Made by a program: the position numbers and the translations under genes. A model generated the notes under the pieces. That model was not told the origin of the DNA. It worked only from the letters and a program-made list of their open reading frames with translations, and searched no databases. From Acidobacteriota bacterium (GTDB lineage: Bacteria; Acidobacteriota; Blastocatellia; UBA7656), in the NCBI GenBank assembly GCA_040754075.1, contig JBFMDH010000017.1, forward strand, positions 50,585-114,584: a stretch of DNA of 64,000 bases. The letters run 5' to 3'. Shown here piece after piece: positions 11,409 through 20,120 of this stretch (the stretch's first letter is position 1; every line of letters starts with the position of its first letter).

Positions 11409-11555
11409 CGGTGAAGAAGAAGAAGGGGAGAAAGGGAGATAGGGAGAAGGGGAGATTTTTATCAACCCCTGAGCCGCTTTTACTTAACACTATGCGGTTT
11501 TAGAAAACAAAAAAGCTGCGGAAGTTCTTCTATCTCCCTATCTCCCTTTCTTCTG
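11409..11555. repeat. inverted-repeat element with GGGAGA-type purine tandem-unit arms; it fills the gap between two convergent stop codons
   Basis: Left arm is gaagaaggggagaaagggagatagggagaaggggaga (about 11416-11455). Right arm is cttctatctccctatctccctttcttc (11527-11553), the imperfect reverse complement. The element spans exactly from the MATE stop (11408) to the isomerase stop (11556). Confidence 0.8.
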
Positions 11556-12428
11556 TTACACGTCGCACAGCGCGACGGCTTCGCGAAGTGAAGTGAGTGG
11601 GTCGCGTTTGGGGACGAATTCATGGGCGACGTAGCCTTTGAATCCTAAATCGGCGATGGCTTTGCAGACGGTCGCCCAGTTGAGTTCCTGGGTATTGTCC
11701 AGTTCGTTGCGTCCCGGCACACCGCCCGTATGAAAATGCGCGATGTAATCAATGTTCTGGCGAATCGTGCGGATGATGTCGCCTTCCATGATTTGCATAT
11801 GATAAATGTCATAGAGCAGTTTCACACGCGGCGAAGCGACCGCTTTAATCACTTCAACGCCGAATGGCGTATAGTCGCCCTGATAGCCTTTGTGGTCAAC
11901 TTTGCTGTTTAACAGTTCGACGCAAATCGTCACCCCTTCGTTTTCAGCAACTTTTTTGACGCGGTTCAATCCAATGATGCAGTTTTCTTTCGCCTGTTCA
12001 TCGCTTTGATTTTGACGATTGCCGAAAAAGGTGATGACGTTTGGCACTTTCATTTTGGCGGCGCGCGGAATCGTCGCTTCAAAATTTTTGACGATGGCAT
12101 CGTGATTGGCTTTGTCGTTCAAGGCTTTCGGAATCGTACCGCCACCGGCGTATCCCATCGAACAAATCAAGCCGTATTTGGCAATCGGTGCCCACTCTTT
12201 CTCTTCGAGTAAATCAATTGCCGTGAGTCCTATGTCGGCAACCGCGCGGGCAAAATCATCAAGCGGAATTTTGCCGTAACACCAACGCGAAACCGATTGT
12301 TTGAGTCTGCCGTTTTTCACGATGCGCTGCATCGCAAATGCCGACGAGGTGAAATCTTTTAGTATCATGGCTGAAAATGTTGTCGCGCCGATTCCTTTAA
12401 TTAAATTACGTCTGCTGATGATATTCAT
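11556..12428 (-). CDS. hydroxypyruvate-isomerase-like TIM-barrel protein (xylose isomerase-like fold) with Tat signal
   Basis: ORF trimmed to ATG 12428 (MNIISRRNLIKGIGATTFSA), which carries a twin-arginine-type signal. Motifs VELLNSKVDHKGYQGD and HFHTGGVPGRNELD. The upstream ORF extension is translation of the GTGATGA repeat. Confidence 0.75.
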   Translation of the reverse strand: MNIISRRNLIKGIGATTFSAMILKDFTSSAFAMQRIVKNGRLKQSVSRWCYGKIPLDDFARAVADIGLTAIDLLEEKEWAPIAKYGLICSMGYAGGGTIPKALNDKANHDAIVKNFEATIPRAAKMKVPNVITFFGNRQNQSDEQAKENCIIGLNRVKKVAENEGVTICVELLNSKVDHKGYQGDYTPFGVEVIKAVASPRVKLLYDIYHMQIMEGDIIRTIRQNIDYIAHFHTGGVPGRNELDNTQELNWATVCKAIADLGFKGYVAHEFVPKRDPLTSLREAVALCDV

Positions 12429-12440
12429 AATGCCTCTGAT

Positions 12441-12530
12441 AAAAAAGTGATGAGTGATGAGTAATGAGTAATGAGCGATAGCTGAAACTTTCCAACTCAT
12501 CACACATCACTCATTACTCATCACTTTTTA
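12441..12530. repeat. hairpin element with GTGATGA/GTAATGA heptamer arms
   Basis: aaaaagtgatgagtgatgagtaatgagtaatgag (12441-12475) pairs with ctcatcacacatcactcattactcatcacttttt (12496-12530). It lies 12 nt upstream of start codon 12428. Confidence 0.85.
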
Positions 12531-12610
12531 TTTCCAGTCGGAACGGCACTGATGATGCTACGCGACAAACGATATGTCAATCGCTGAGGGGTTGCGAAAT
12601 ATGAGTGTCA

Positions 12611-12634
12611 ATCCCTGAATCCTGAATCCTAATC
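12611..12634. repeat. short tandem heptamer array AATCCTG (reverse complement CAGGATT, i.e. GGATTCA phase-shifted)
   Basis: atccctgaatcctgaatcctaatc was read directly. The same heptamer is repeated four times inside priA (59893-59921). Confidence 0.7.
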
Positions 12635-12731
12635 GAAAACTTGACGCTATGGAATCACACAGGCTAAGGTTTAGCCGCACATCGCATCCGCTGCGATATT
12701 CCGACAAATCTCAATCAGTAGAGGTGATAAA

Positions 12732-13973
12732 TTGTCTGTCAAAGATTTCCAACCGCAATTCATGAAAATCAGTGTTTTAACCGCAGCCTTGCAGGAGTTG
12801 ACGCCGCGCGAAGTGCGCGACCCTGACCCGGATCGGGCGATTGAAGATTGGGTCGCGTTTGCCAGCGAACTCGGCGTTGACAATATTCAAATCTCCGCCG
12901 CGCTTCACCCCACCGAATCCGATGTTCCCGCCGAAGCCATGCTCGACCCCGTAGCCAACACGCTGGATTTACGCCAACCGTTTAATAAAGAGCGCGCCAA
13001 CCGGGTGCAGGCGGCGCTTGATGCCTACAAGATTGGCATATCGGATTTAGGTTATTTCGATAATATGCTGCACGATGACCCGGCGATTAGAAAGAAAAAA
13101 CATGATTTCATGTTGCGCATTTTCGATGCGGCGGCGCTTTTAGGCGTCGATGCGGTGTGCGGGTTTGTGGGGCGCAATCAGAAACTGAGCATGGATCAGA
13201 ATCTCATTGATTTTGCGGAAAATTTTGTACCGCTTCTCCAAGAAGCCAAAGCCCGCAATCTGACCTATCGCGTCGAACAATGTCCGATGCCCGGCTGGAC
13301 AACCGGCGACAATTTTCATAACAACATCGCCTATGCGCCGGGCACCTGGATTGCCCTGCATCGCATCTGTGAACGCGCCGGCGTCGGCGATCAATTCCGC
13401 ATCCATTACGACCCGTCGCACGCGATTTTGATGGGACAGGACACGCGCTCGATTTTTCAATACCTGAAAGACGAAGGCTACAACTTTTTAATCGGCGGGT
13501 TTCACGTCAAAGGTCAAGTCATTGATGCCCGTGGAGTCGCAGCCTGGGGTTATGGCGGGCAAACGGTTGAACGCGGCGATTGGATAAACGGCAAACCTTC
13601 GGATAACCCTGCCGACCAGTCGAATGCCTGGAAAAAGCAGACGGTTTTATGCGAACACGAATTGCCGGGAACGGCGCGACACGACCCGCTCGCCTATTTA
13701 CAGAATCGCACAGTCGATTGGCTGGATCATCAACTGGCGGCGCGTGAGCTATTGCAACTTGATGTCGCGAGTACGCAACTGGTTGTTGAACACGAATACC
13801 CCCCGGCGCGCATACAGGACAAAGAAAAATTGATGCCGGTGCTCAAAGGTTCCATCGCTTTCACGCGAAAGATAGATGAAGCGGCAGCATGTATGTTCGC
13901 TTTGCAAACCGAAGTGCTCGCTGCACAAGGCATACCCGTACAAGGTCGCGGGCGCGAAGCGTATCGTAGCTAA
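12732..13973 (+). CDS. sugar phosphate isomerase/epimerase-like TIM-barrel protein
   Basis: 413 aa. TTG start at 12732 is preceded by GAGGTGA; ATG 12762 is an alternative. Xylose-isomerase-like fold motifs are present (CGFVGRN, HYDPSH, FHVKG). Confidence 0.6.
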   Translation: MSVKDFQPQFMKISVLTAALQELTPREVRDPDPDRAIEDWVAFASELGVDNIQISAALHPTESDVPAEAMLDPVANTLDLRQPFNKERANRVQAALDAYKIGISDLGYFDNMLHDDPAIRKKKHDFMLRIFDAAALLGVDAVCGFVGRNQKLSMDQNLIDFAENFVPLLQEAKARNLTYRVEQCPMPGWTTGDNFHNNIAYAPGTWIALHRICERAGVGDQFRIHYDPSHAILMGQDTRSIFQYLKDEGYNFLIGGFHVKGQVIDARGVAAWGYGGQTVERGDWINGKPSDNPADQSNAWKKQTVLCEHELPGTARHDPLAYLQNRTVDWLDHQLAARELLQLDVASTQLVVEHEYPPARIQDKEKLMPVLKGSIAFTRKIDEAAACMFALQTEVLAAQGIPVQGRGREAYRS

Positions 13974-14060
13974 TCCGGGTTCAATGCTGCTTTACCCCGG
14001 CAAGGGCGCACGACACCCCAGGCAACAATCCCACAGGTGGAATATCTTGCCTCCCGTTTT

Positions 14061-14543
14061 TCAACCTACGGTTTTGTGCGTCAGCGAACTCGGCGCATTG
14101 ACATGTGCGCCATCATCCACACCAATGCCTAAACGGTCTACCAGTTCGCCGCCAAGCCACCCGCTTACCCCGGCAATGGCGAAAGCCGCGAACGAAAGCG
14201 CCAGTGCGATGACGCTTGGTTCGCTTGGAAAATCGCGCCTGAGAAACCAACTTGCCACAAACAAACCCAGCACCACGACATTGAGCGCGCCATGAAGCAG
14301 ACCTATCGTTTTAGCCCGCGTGTTTTGTGGAATCGCCAGAAAATCAATCCAACCGAAAGGTGCCGCTAACGCGCCGCCAATTACCCCGGCGGCAATCATC
14401 CAGAACGCGATTTCCGACCAGCGACGATTCTCTGTAATCAGATAAATGATGTCAAAAATCACCGATGTTGCCAGCAAACCGAGAGGAAACACAATCAGAA
14501 TCTGGTGAATCGGATGACCGAAAAGTTTTGCTCTGCTTTCCAT
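14061..14543 (-). CDS. DUF2231-like membrane protein
   Basis: Trimmed to ATG 14543 with GGAGA upstream. MESRAKLFGHPIHQILIVFPLGLL matches the DUF2231 N-terminus. Four TM segments. Confidence 0.65.
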   Translation of the reverse strand: MESRAKLFGHPIHQILIVFPLGLLATSVIFDIIYLITENRRWSEIAFWMIAAGVIGGALAAPFGWIDFLAIPQNTRAKTIGLLHGALNVVVLGLFVASWFLRRDFPSEPSVIALALSFAAFAIAGVSGWLGGELVDRLGIGVDDGAHVNAPSSLTHKTVG

Positions 14544-14600
14544 AACTTTTTCTCCAATGAACAGTGTATTCTTCCACAAAAATCGTTTCCGACTTCTGAG

Positions 14601-15608
14601 TTATTTTTTGGATGCCAGGTTGTATTCCGACCATTTTTTCATTTTTCCCATCGCCTGTTGTTTACATCCACTGTCAAGGGTCTCGCATTTGTCGAAATCT
14701 TTATCGGCTTCTGCCTGATTGCCCTGAGCATATCTGAGCATCCCTCGATTCAGATATGCAGAATGTAATTTGGCGTCCAGGTTAATGGCGCGATTGAAAT
14801 AGCTTGCAGCCGTCGTATAGTCCCGGCGGATGAAGTAAATAACCCCCAGGTTGCAATTGGCTCCGGCTGATTTGTTATTGAGTTTCAGAGCAGTTTGATA
14901 ATCATCAAAAGCTTTATCATTGTAACCTTTTTCCAGCCAGGCATTGCCGCGATTCAGGAAGGCGGTTTCTTTTTGCGGATACAGTTCAATTGATTTCGTC
15001 AAATTTTCTAACGCCAGGTCATACTCTTTTTGAAGATAGTAAGCGGTGCCTAAATTATAAAATGCCACGGCATTAACCGGTCGAATAAGAATCGCTTTTT
15101 TATAAGCTTCAATCGCCCCTTGCAAATCGCCTGCGGCTTGTCTGGCAACCCCTAAATTAACGAAGGCTTCATCAAAATTGGGAGCGATAGCTGTGGCGCT
15201 TTCAAAATCCCGTATGGCATCCTGCATACTGCCTTTGGCAAAACAGGCCAACCCTCTTGCCGAATAGATAGCTGCGGTACGCGGCACCAAAACCACCACA
15301 TTGTCATAGGAAATCGCGATAGTCTCATCCGCAGGTGAGGCTCCATTGAAACGATGTTGAGAACTCCTGGTCTGTAGATAAGTGGCAATGAGTTTATCAA
15401 AATCGGCAATCGCGCCATCGTAATTATTGTTGTGATACTTTTTTAATGCCTGATGATAGGTCTCATCAAATGAAAGATTTTTCTGTGCCCACCCGGAACC
15501 GATCAGAGTAAAAATCAGCAAGATTGGCAAAATTGATTTTAGATTGTTTGAATTTGTTGCTCTAAGCGCAAACCTCCGGGACATTTCAAAATATACTGCC
15601 TTACACAT
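14601..15608 (-). CDS. exported tetratricopeptide (TPR) repeat protein
   Basis: 335 aa with a hydrophobic N-terminus. It has multiple 34-residue TPR units (AxxxYxxAlxlxPxxxxAyxNlG pattern, e.g. AIEAYKKAILIRPVNAVAFYNLGTAY). Confidence 0.8.
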   Translation of the reverse strand: MCKAVYFEMSRRFALRATNSNNLKSILPILLIFTLIGSGWAQKNLSFDETYHQALKKYHNNNYDGAIADFDKLIATYLQTRSSQHRFNGASPADETIAISYDNVVVLVPRTAAIYSARGLACFAKGSMQDAIRDFESATAIAPNFDEAFVNLGVARQAAGDLQGAIEAYKKAILIRPVNAVAFYNLGTAYYLQKEYDLALENLTKSIELYPQKETAFLNRGNAWLEKGYNDKAFDDYQTALKLNNKSAGANCNLGVIYFIRRDYTTAASYFNRAINLDAKLHSAYLNRGMLRYAQGNQAEADKDFDKCETLDSGCKQQAMGKMKKWSEYNLASKK

Positions 15609-16336
15609 CCTTGCTCGTCCTTCTGTTTTTATTCTTCTTAGTCGTTGCGTCGATCTTTGGAGAGCCAGTCAAACGACAACCCAACCAGTCGCAACTTCTA
15701 TGCCCATAGCCGGTTTTATCCGGCGCAGGCGCAATTTTGCCGGGAAAAATTGAATAATTTGCTCGCTTTTATCGTGTGCCTCTGCCTTGTTGCGGACAAT
15801 AAATCGTTTTCCGAATCAATTCGCTTTTGCAAGAAGCGCAAAATGAAGACGCACAGCAAACGCCTAAAGGTAAAGCTAAAATGAATGAACCCCAGATTGA
15901 GTTCTAAACCACCTGATGATGGCAATTGCCGGATTTTCACTTGGGGTTTCCGTCCCCTTTATCAGCAAATCAACACCGGCATTGGGAATTGACCAGACAT
16001 CAGGTGAATTTTTTAATCAGGCTGCCCTCATTGAAAAAATATTTTATTGCCGACATTTGTTGTAAGTAAAAAAGACGTTGATTATCGGGGGTTCTGTATG
16101 CCTCCTGAACTTTTTGTGTGGATTGCATACGAGTCTGTACGCAATCCATCTAGAACTGAGGTTTCCTCATTACCGGTCTTAGAGTAAAATGTGCGCGATT
16201 GAAATCCGACAAATCTCAGCAGTATTACGACAACCCAAATTTTAAAATTCAAAAACCGCGAGGGTTCAATCATTAGACAGAAACCTGGTCTTCTGATTAA
16301 ATCGTCGCGCTGTGTTGTAGATTGCTTGAGGGTGCT

Positions 16337-17122
16337 ATGAAAAAAAGGTTTGTGTTTTTTCCAACCGTTGTTTGGTTTCTTTTGGTATTCACCGGTTCGG
16401 CTTTTGCTCAGGAACAGCAAGACCTCGATTATCTGAAATACAAAGCGTCGCTTTACGACACGATGACCAAGGACTGGGCGATGCTCAAGCGTTTTCAGGA
16501 GGCGAACGCCAAACTCGCGCCGCCCGCCAAAAACGAAAACCGCGTGGTGTTTATGGGCGATTCGATTACCGACCTCTGGGATAACGAAGGCTTTGGCGGT
16601 TTCTTTCCCGGCAAGCCTTATGTCAATCGCGGCATCGGTGGGCAAACGACGCCGCAAATGCTTTTGCGATTTCGTCAGGATGTCGTGGCGCTCAAAGCGA
16701 AAGTGGTGGTCATCCTTGCCGGCACGAATGACATTGCCGGTAATACCGGACCTTCAACATCAGAGATGATTCAGGACAATTTCACTTCGATGACCGAGAT
16801 TGCCCGCGCCAATGGCATTCGCGTGGTGCTCGCCTCGCTGTTGCCGGTTTGCGATTACAAAAAAAATAAAGAGGGAAAACCGCTTTTGCAGACCGCGCGT
16901 CGCCCGCCCGAAAAGATTCGCGCCCTCAATGAATGGCTCAAACAATTCTGCATAAAAAATGATGTCGTTTACCTCGATTACTATTCGGCGATGGTCGATG
17001 ATAAAGGCTTTTTAAAAGAAGACCTCACCTATGATGGACTCCATGCCGATGCCAGAGGTTATGCCGTGATGGCACCGCTTGCCGAAAAAGCCATCGCCGA
17101 GGCATTGAAGAAAAAACGATAA
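16337..17122 (+). CDS. SGNH/GDSL-type hydrolase (lipase/esterase-like), exported
   Basis: Start ATG 16337 (MKKRFVFFPTVVWFLLVFTGSAFAQ). Block I is FMGDSIT, block III is GTND, and a DGLH-type block V is present. Confidence 0.8.
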   Translation: MKKRFVFFPTVVWFLLVFTGSAFAQEQQDLDYLKYKASLYDTMTKDWAMLKRFQEANAKLAPPAKNENRVVFMGDSITDLWDNEGFGGFFPGKPYVNRGIGGQTTPQMLLRFRQDVVALKAKVVVILAGTNDIAGNTGPSTSEMIQDNFTSMTEIARANGIRVVLASLLPVCDYKKNKEGKPLLQTARRPPEKIRALNEWLKQFCIKNDVVYLDYYSAMVDDKGFLKEDLTYDGLHADARGYAVMAPLAEKAIAEALKKKR

Positions 17123-17214
17123 TGTGAAATGATTTGTGCGAAATTCTTAGCTCTAAATCGTTTTAGTAAAAATCAGTATCAATCTTCATTCGCGAGTTGA
17201 AGGGATTGTCATCT

Positions 17215-18252
17215 ATGAATGTGGCTCTCAAAACCAAATTGTTAATCATTGCGCTCATCGTCGTTTTTTTCACCGCTTGTGTTTGCGGACCGCAGGAACA
17301 AGGGATTATCAAAAAAGAAGGTCCCATCCGCATCGGGCTTTCATTTGATACGCTCAAAGAAGAACGCTGGCAACACGACCGCGATTTATTTGTCGCGCGC
17401 GCCAAAGAACTCGGCGCTGAAGTGATCTATCTTTCCGCCGACAGCAACGATGATGTGCAAAACAAACAGGTCGAAAATCTGCTCACTCAGGGCATCGATG
17501 TGTTGGTCATCGTGCCGCATAACGCAGAAGTTTCGGGCGCAGCGGTCAATTCGGCAAAAGCGCAAGGCGTTCCGGTTCTCAGCTATGACCGGTTGGTGAA
17601 AGAATCGCAGCCCGATTTATATGTGTCGTTTGACAACATCAAAGTCGGCGAGTTGCAGGCGAAATATCTTTTAGACCGCGCCCCCAGGGGAAATTATATT
17701 TTGATTGGCGGCGCGCCAACCGACAATAACGCGAAACTGTTTCGCGAAGGGCAAATGAATATTCTCAACCCGGCAATTGCGCGCGGCGACGTTAAAATCG
17801 TCACCGACCAGTGGGCAAGGGATTGGCAACCCAACGAAGCCCTGAAACACACGGAAAACGCCTTAACCCAAGCCAACAACAATGTCGTTGCGGTGGTCGC
17901 TTCAAATGACGGCACGGCGGGCGGCGCGATTCAGGCTTTGCAGGAACAACGCCTCACCGGAAAAGTTCTGGTATCAGGGCAGGACGCCGAACTTGCGGCA
18001 TTGCAACGCATCGTTGCCGGTACACAATCGATGACGGTTTATAAACCGATTGCCAAACTTGCAGTGCGCGCTGCCGAAGCCGCCGTCGCCCTTGCGCGTC
18101 GCGAAACTCTCGATACCAACGGCTTGGTCAATAACGGCAAAATCGATGTGCCGTCGATTTTGCTCGAACCTATCATTGTTGATAAATCGAACCTTGATAG
18201 CACGGTGATTGCCGATGGCTATCAAAAACGCGAAGAAATTTATAAGAAATAG
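17215..18252 (+). CDS. xylF: D-xylose ABC transporter substrate-binding lipoprotein
   Basis: Clear similarity from memory to E. coli XylF (IGLSFDTLKEERWQHDRDLFVARAKELGAEV...VPVLSYDRL). Lipobox FFTAC. ATG 17215 lies inside ORF 17197..18252. Confidence 0.85.
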   Translation: MNVALKTKLLIIALIVVFFTACVCGPQEQGIIKKEGPIRIGLSFDTLKEERWQHDRDLFVARAKELGAEVIYLSADSNDDVQNKQVENLLTQGIDVLVIVPHNAEVSGAAVNSAKAQGVPVLSYDRLVKESQPDLYVSFDNIKVGELQAKYLLDRAPRGNYILIGGAPTDNNAKLFREGQMNILNPAIARGDVKIVTDQWARDWQPNEALKHTENALTQANNNVVAVVASNDGTAGGAIQALQEQRLTGKVLVSGQDAELAALQRIVAGTQSMTVYKPIAKLAVRAAEAAVALARRETLDTNGLVNNGKIDVPSILLEPIIVDKSNLDSTVIADGYQKREEIYKK

Positions 18253-18366
18253 TGCTTTGTACTTTGTGCTTTGTACTTCGTTTTTAGGTTACTTGTTGAA
18301 TATTAAGACGAAGAGCAAAGCCCTACACAGGGAATACAAAGCACAAAGTACAAAGCACAAAGTACA
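18252..18366. repeat. hairpin element with CTTTGTR heptamer arms filling the xylF-xylG intercistronic gap
   Basis: gtgctttgtactttgtgctttgtacttcgt (18252-18281) pairs with tacaaagcacaaagtacaaagcac (18335-18358). It starts at the last base of the xylF stop codon and ends 6 nt before the xylG ATG. Confidence 0.85.
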
Positions 18367-18371
18367 AATCT

Positions 18372-19877
18372 ATGCTTTTAGAAATGCGCGAGATTACCAA
18401 GACCTTTCCGGGGGTTCGCGCCCTTGATGGGGTGACCTTTGATTTACAGGCAGGCGAGATTCATGCGCTCGTCGGTGAAAACGGCGCAGGCAAATCGACG
18501 CTGATGAAGGTGCTGAGCGGCGTCTATCCGGCGAGCGAACACGGCGGCGAAATTTTAATTGATGGCGAAGTGAAACGCTTCAGCGGCATACGCGATTCCG
18601 AAGCCGCAGGGGTTGCCATCATCTTTCAGGAATTATCGCTGGTGCCGGAAATGACCGTCGGTGAAAATATTTTTCTGGGGCGCGAACCGCGCAAATTCGG
18701 CGTCATTCAATGGCACGAGTTGTATCAAAAATCGGCGGAATTGCTTGATCGGCTGCATCTCAATATCAATCCGCAAACGCCCGTCGGACAGCTCGGCATC
18801 GGACAACAACAGTTGGTCGAAATTGCCAAAGCTTTAGGGCAGGATGCGCGCATTCTCGTGCTTGATGAACCGACCGCCGCGCTTACCGATACGGAAGTCG
18901 AAACCCTCATCAACATTTTGAACAAGCTGCGCGAACGCGGCGTCGGCATGATTTATATTTCGCACAAACTCGAAGAAGTCTTTCGCATCAGTGACCGCAT
19001 CACCGTGCTGCGCGATGGCAAAACCATTGATACGGTAAAAACTCCAGAGACTAACGAAGCGCAGGTGATTGCCAAAATGGTCGGGCGTGAAGTCAATCAA
19101 ATTTTTCCGCCCGATACCCGCACCCCAAGCGATGTGGTGTTTGAGGTGCGCAACTTGACGGTTGAAGATTTACAGACGCGCAAAAAAATTGTTGATGATG
19201 TGAGTTTCACGGTAAAACGCGGCGAAGTGTTAGGTATAGCGGGACTGATGGGCGCGGGGCGCAGCGAACTGTTGATGAGTATTTTCGGCGCGCACAGTGG
19301 TCGCGCCAGCGGCGAAGTTTTCGTCCAAGGCAAGCGCTTGAAAATCGCCACGCCTGCCGATGCGATAAAAAATGGCATCGGCTTTGTGACCGAAGACCGC
19401 AAGCGTTACGGGTTGGTGCTGGAACAGACGATTTTAAAAAACATGACGCTTGCCGGGCTTGAAACGCTTTCGGGTCGGTTTGTGACCAACCTGGATAGAG
19501 AGATTGCTGCGGGAAATCAGGCGATGAAAGATTTGCGGGTAAAAGCCAACTCGGTGTTTACCATTGTCGGAACGCTTTCGGGCGGCAATCAGCAAAAGGT
19601 CGTGCTGGCGAAATGGTTGCTGAACAATCCGCGAGTTCTATTTTTGGATGAACCGACGCGCGGCATTGATATTGGCGCAAAGCAGGAAATCTACACGCAG
19701 ATTGATGCGCTGGCGCGAACGGGGCTGGCGATTGTCATGGTGTCATCGGAGTTGCCGGAAGTTTTAGGACTTTCCGACCGCGTCATCGTTTTACGCGAAG
19801 GTCGCGTGGCAGGCGAATTCACCCGCGCCGAAGCGACTCCGGAAAACGTGATGGCGCGCGCGACCGGCGCATTTTAA
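18372..19877 (+). CDS. xylG: xylose ABC transporter ATP-binding protein (two ABC domains)
   Basis: 501 aa. N-terminus LLEMREITKTFPGVRAL, Walker A GENGAGKST, signature LSGGNQQK, second ABC domain present. Confidence 0.9.
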   Translation: MLLEMREITKTFPGVRALDGVTFDLQAGEIHALVGENGAGKSTLMKVLSGVYPASEHGGEILIDGEVKRFSGIRDSEAAGVAIIFQELSLVPEMTVGENIFLGREPRKFGVIQWHELYQKSAELLDRLHLNINPQTPVGQLGIGQQQLVEIAKALGQDARILVLDEPTAALTDTEVETLINILNKLRERGVGMIYISHKLEEVFRISDRITVLRDGKTIDTVKTPETNEAQVIAKMVGREVNQIFPPDTRTPSDVVFEVRNLTVEDLQTRKKIVDDVSFTVKRGEVLGIAGLMGAGRSELLMSIFGAHSGRASGEVFVQGKRLKIATPADAIKNGIGFVTEDRKRYGLVLEQTILKNMTLAGLETLSGRFVTNLDREIAAGNQAMKDLRVKANSVFTIVGTLSGGNQQKVVLAKWLLNNPRVLFLDEPTRGIDIGAKQEIYTQIDALARTGLAIVMVSSELPEVLGLSDRVIVLREGRVAGEFTRAEATPENVMARATGAF

Positions 19878-19891
19878 TTTAAAAATTTATA

Positions 19892-20056
19892 GCGGCTCTG
19901 CCGCTTTGATGTGCGGGAAGCCTGTGACTTCCCGAAATCGGCTCCTGTAGCTGGTTTTGAGGCGGTGCCTTAAATTGGCGGCGTAGCCGCGACAAGCATC
20001 AGACAATAGTTGACGGTGAGGCTGAGCCTCACCGCACATCAAAGCGGCAGAGCCGC
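19892..20056. mobile_element. MITE-like element with perfect 25-bp terminal inverted repeats, located between xylG and xylH
   Basis: gcggctctgccgctttgatgtgcgg (19892-19916) is the exact reverse complement of ccgcacatcaaagcggcagagccgc (20032-20056). Internal sub-hairpins are gggaag..cttccc (about 19915-19933) and ggtgaggc..gcctcacc (about 20015-20033). It has no coding capacity and no target-site duplication was seen. Confidence 0.6.
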
Positions 20057-20120
20057 AGAACAGACAAATACTCACTATCACTTGAAGCAGTCGTTAAATA
20101 AACAGCAAACAGAGCAAACT

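Noticed and set aside
16082-16657. 191-aa minus-strand ORF overlapping the start of the SGNH hydrolase gene
   Set aside because: The translation is implausible and it overlaps a gene with clear GDSL motifs and a signal peptide. Its upstream half lies in AT-rich non-coding DNA.
19960-19995. An 11-nt match (ggcggcgtagc) between the MITE-like element core and the 5' end of tRNA-Met
   Set aside because: It is too short to distinguish from chance, and no tRNA-like fold is evident in the element.
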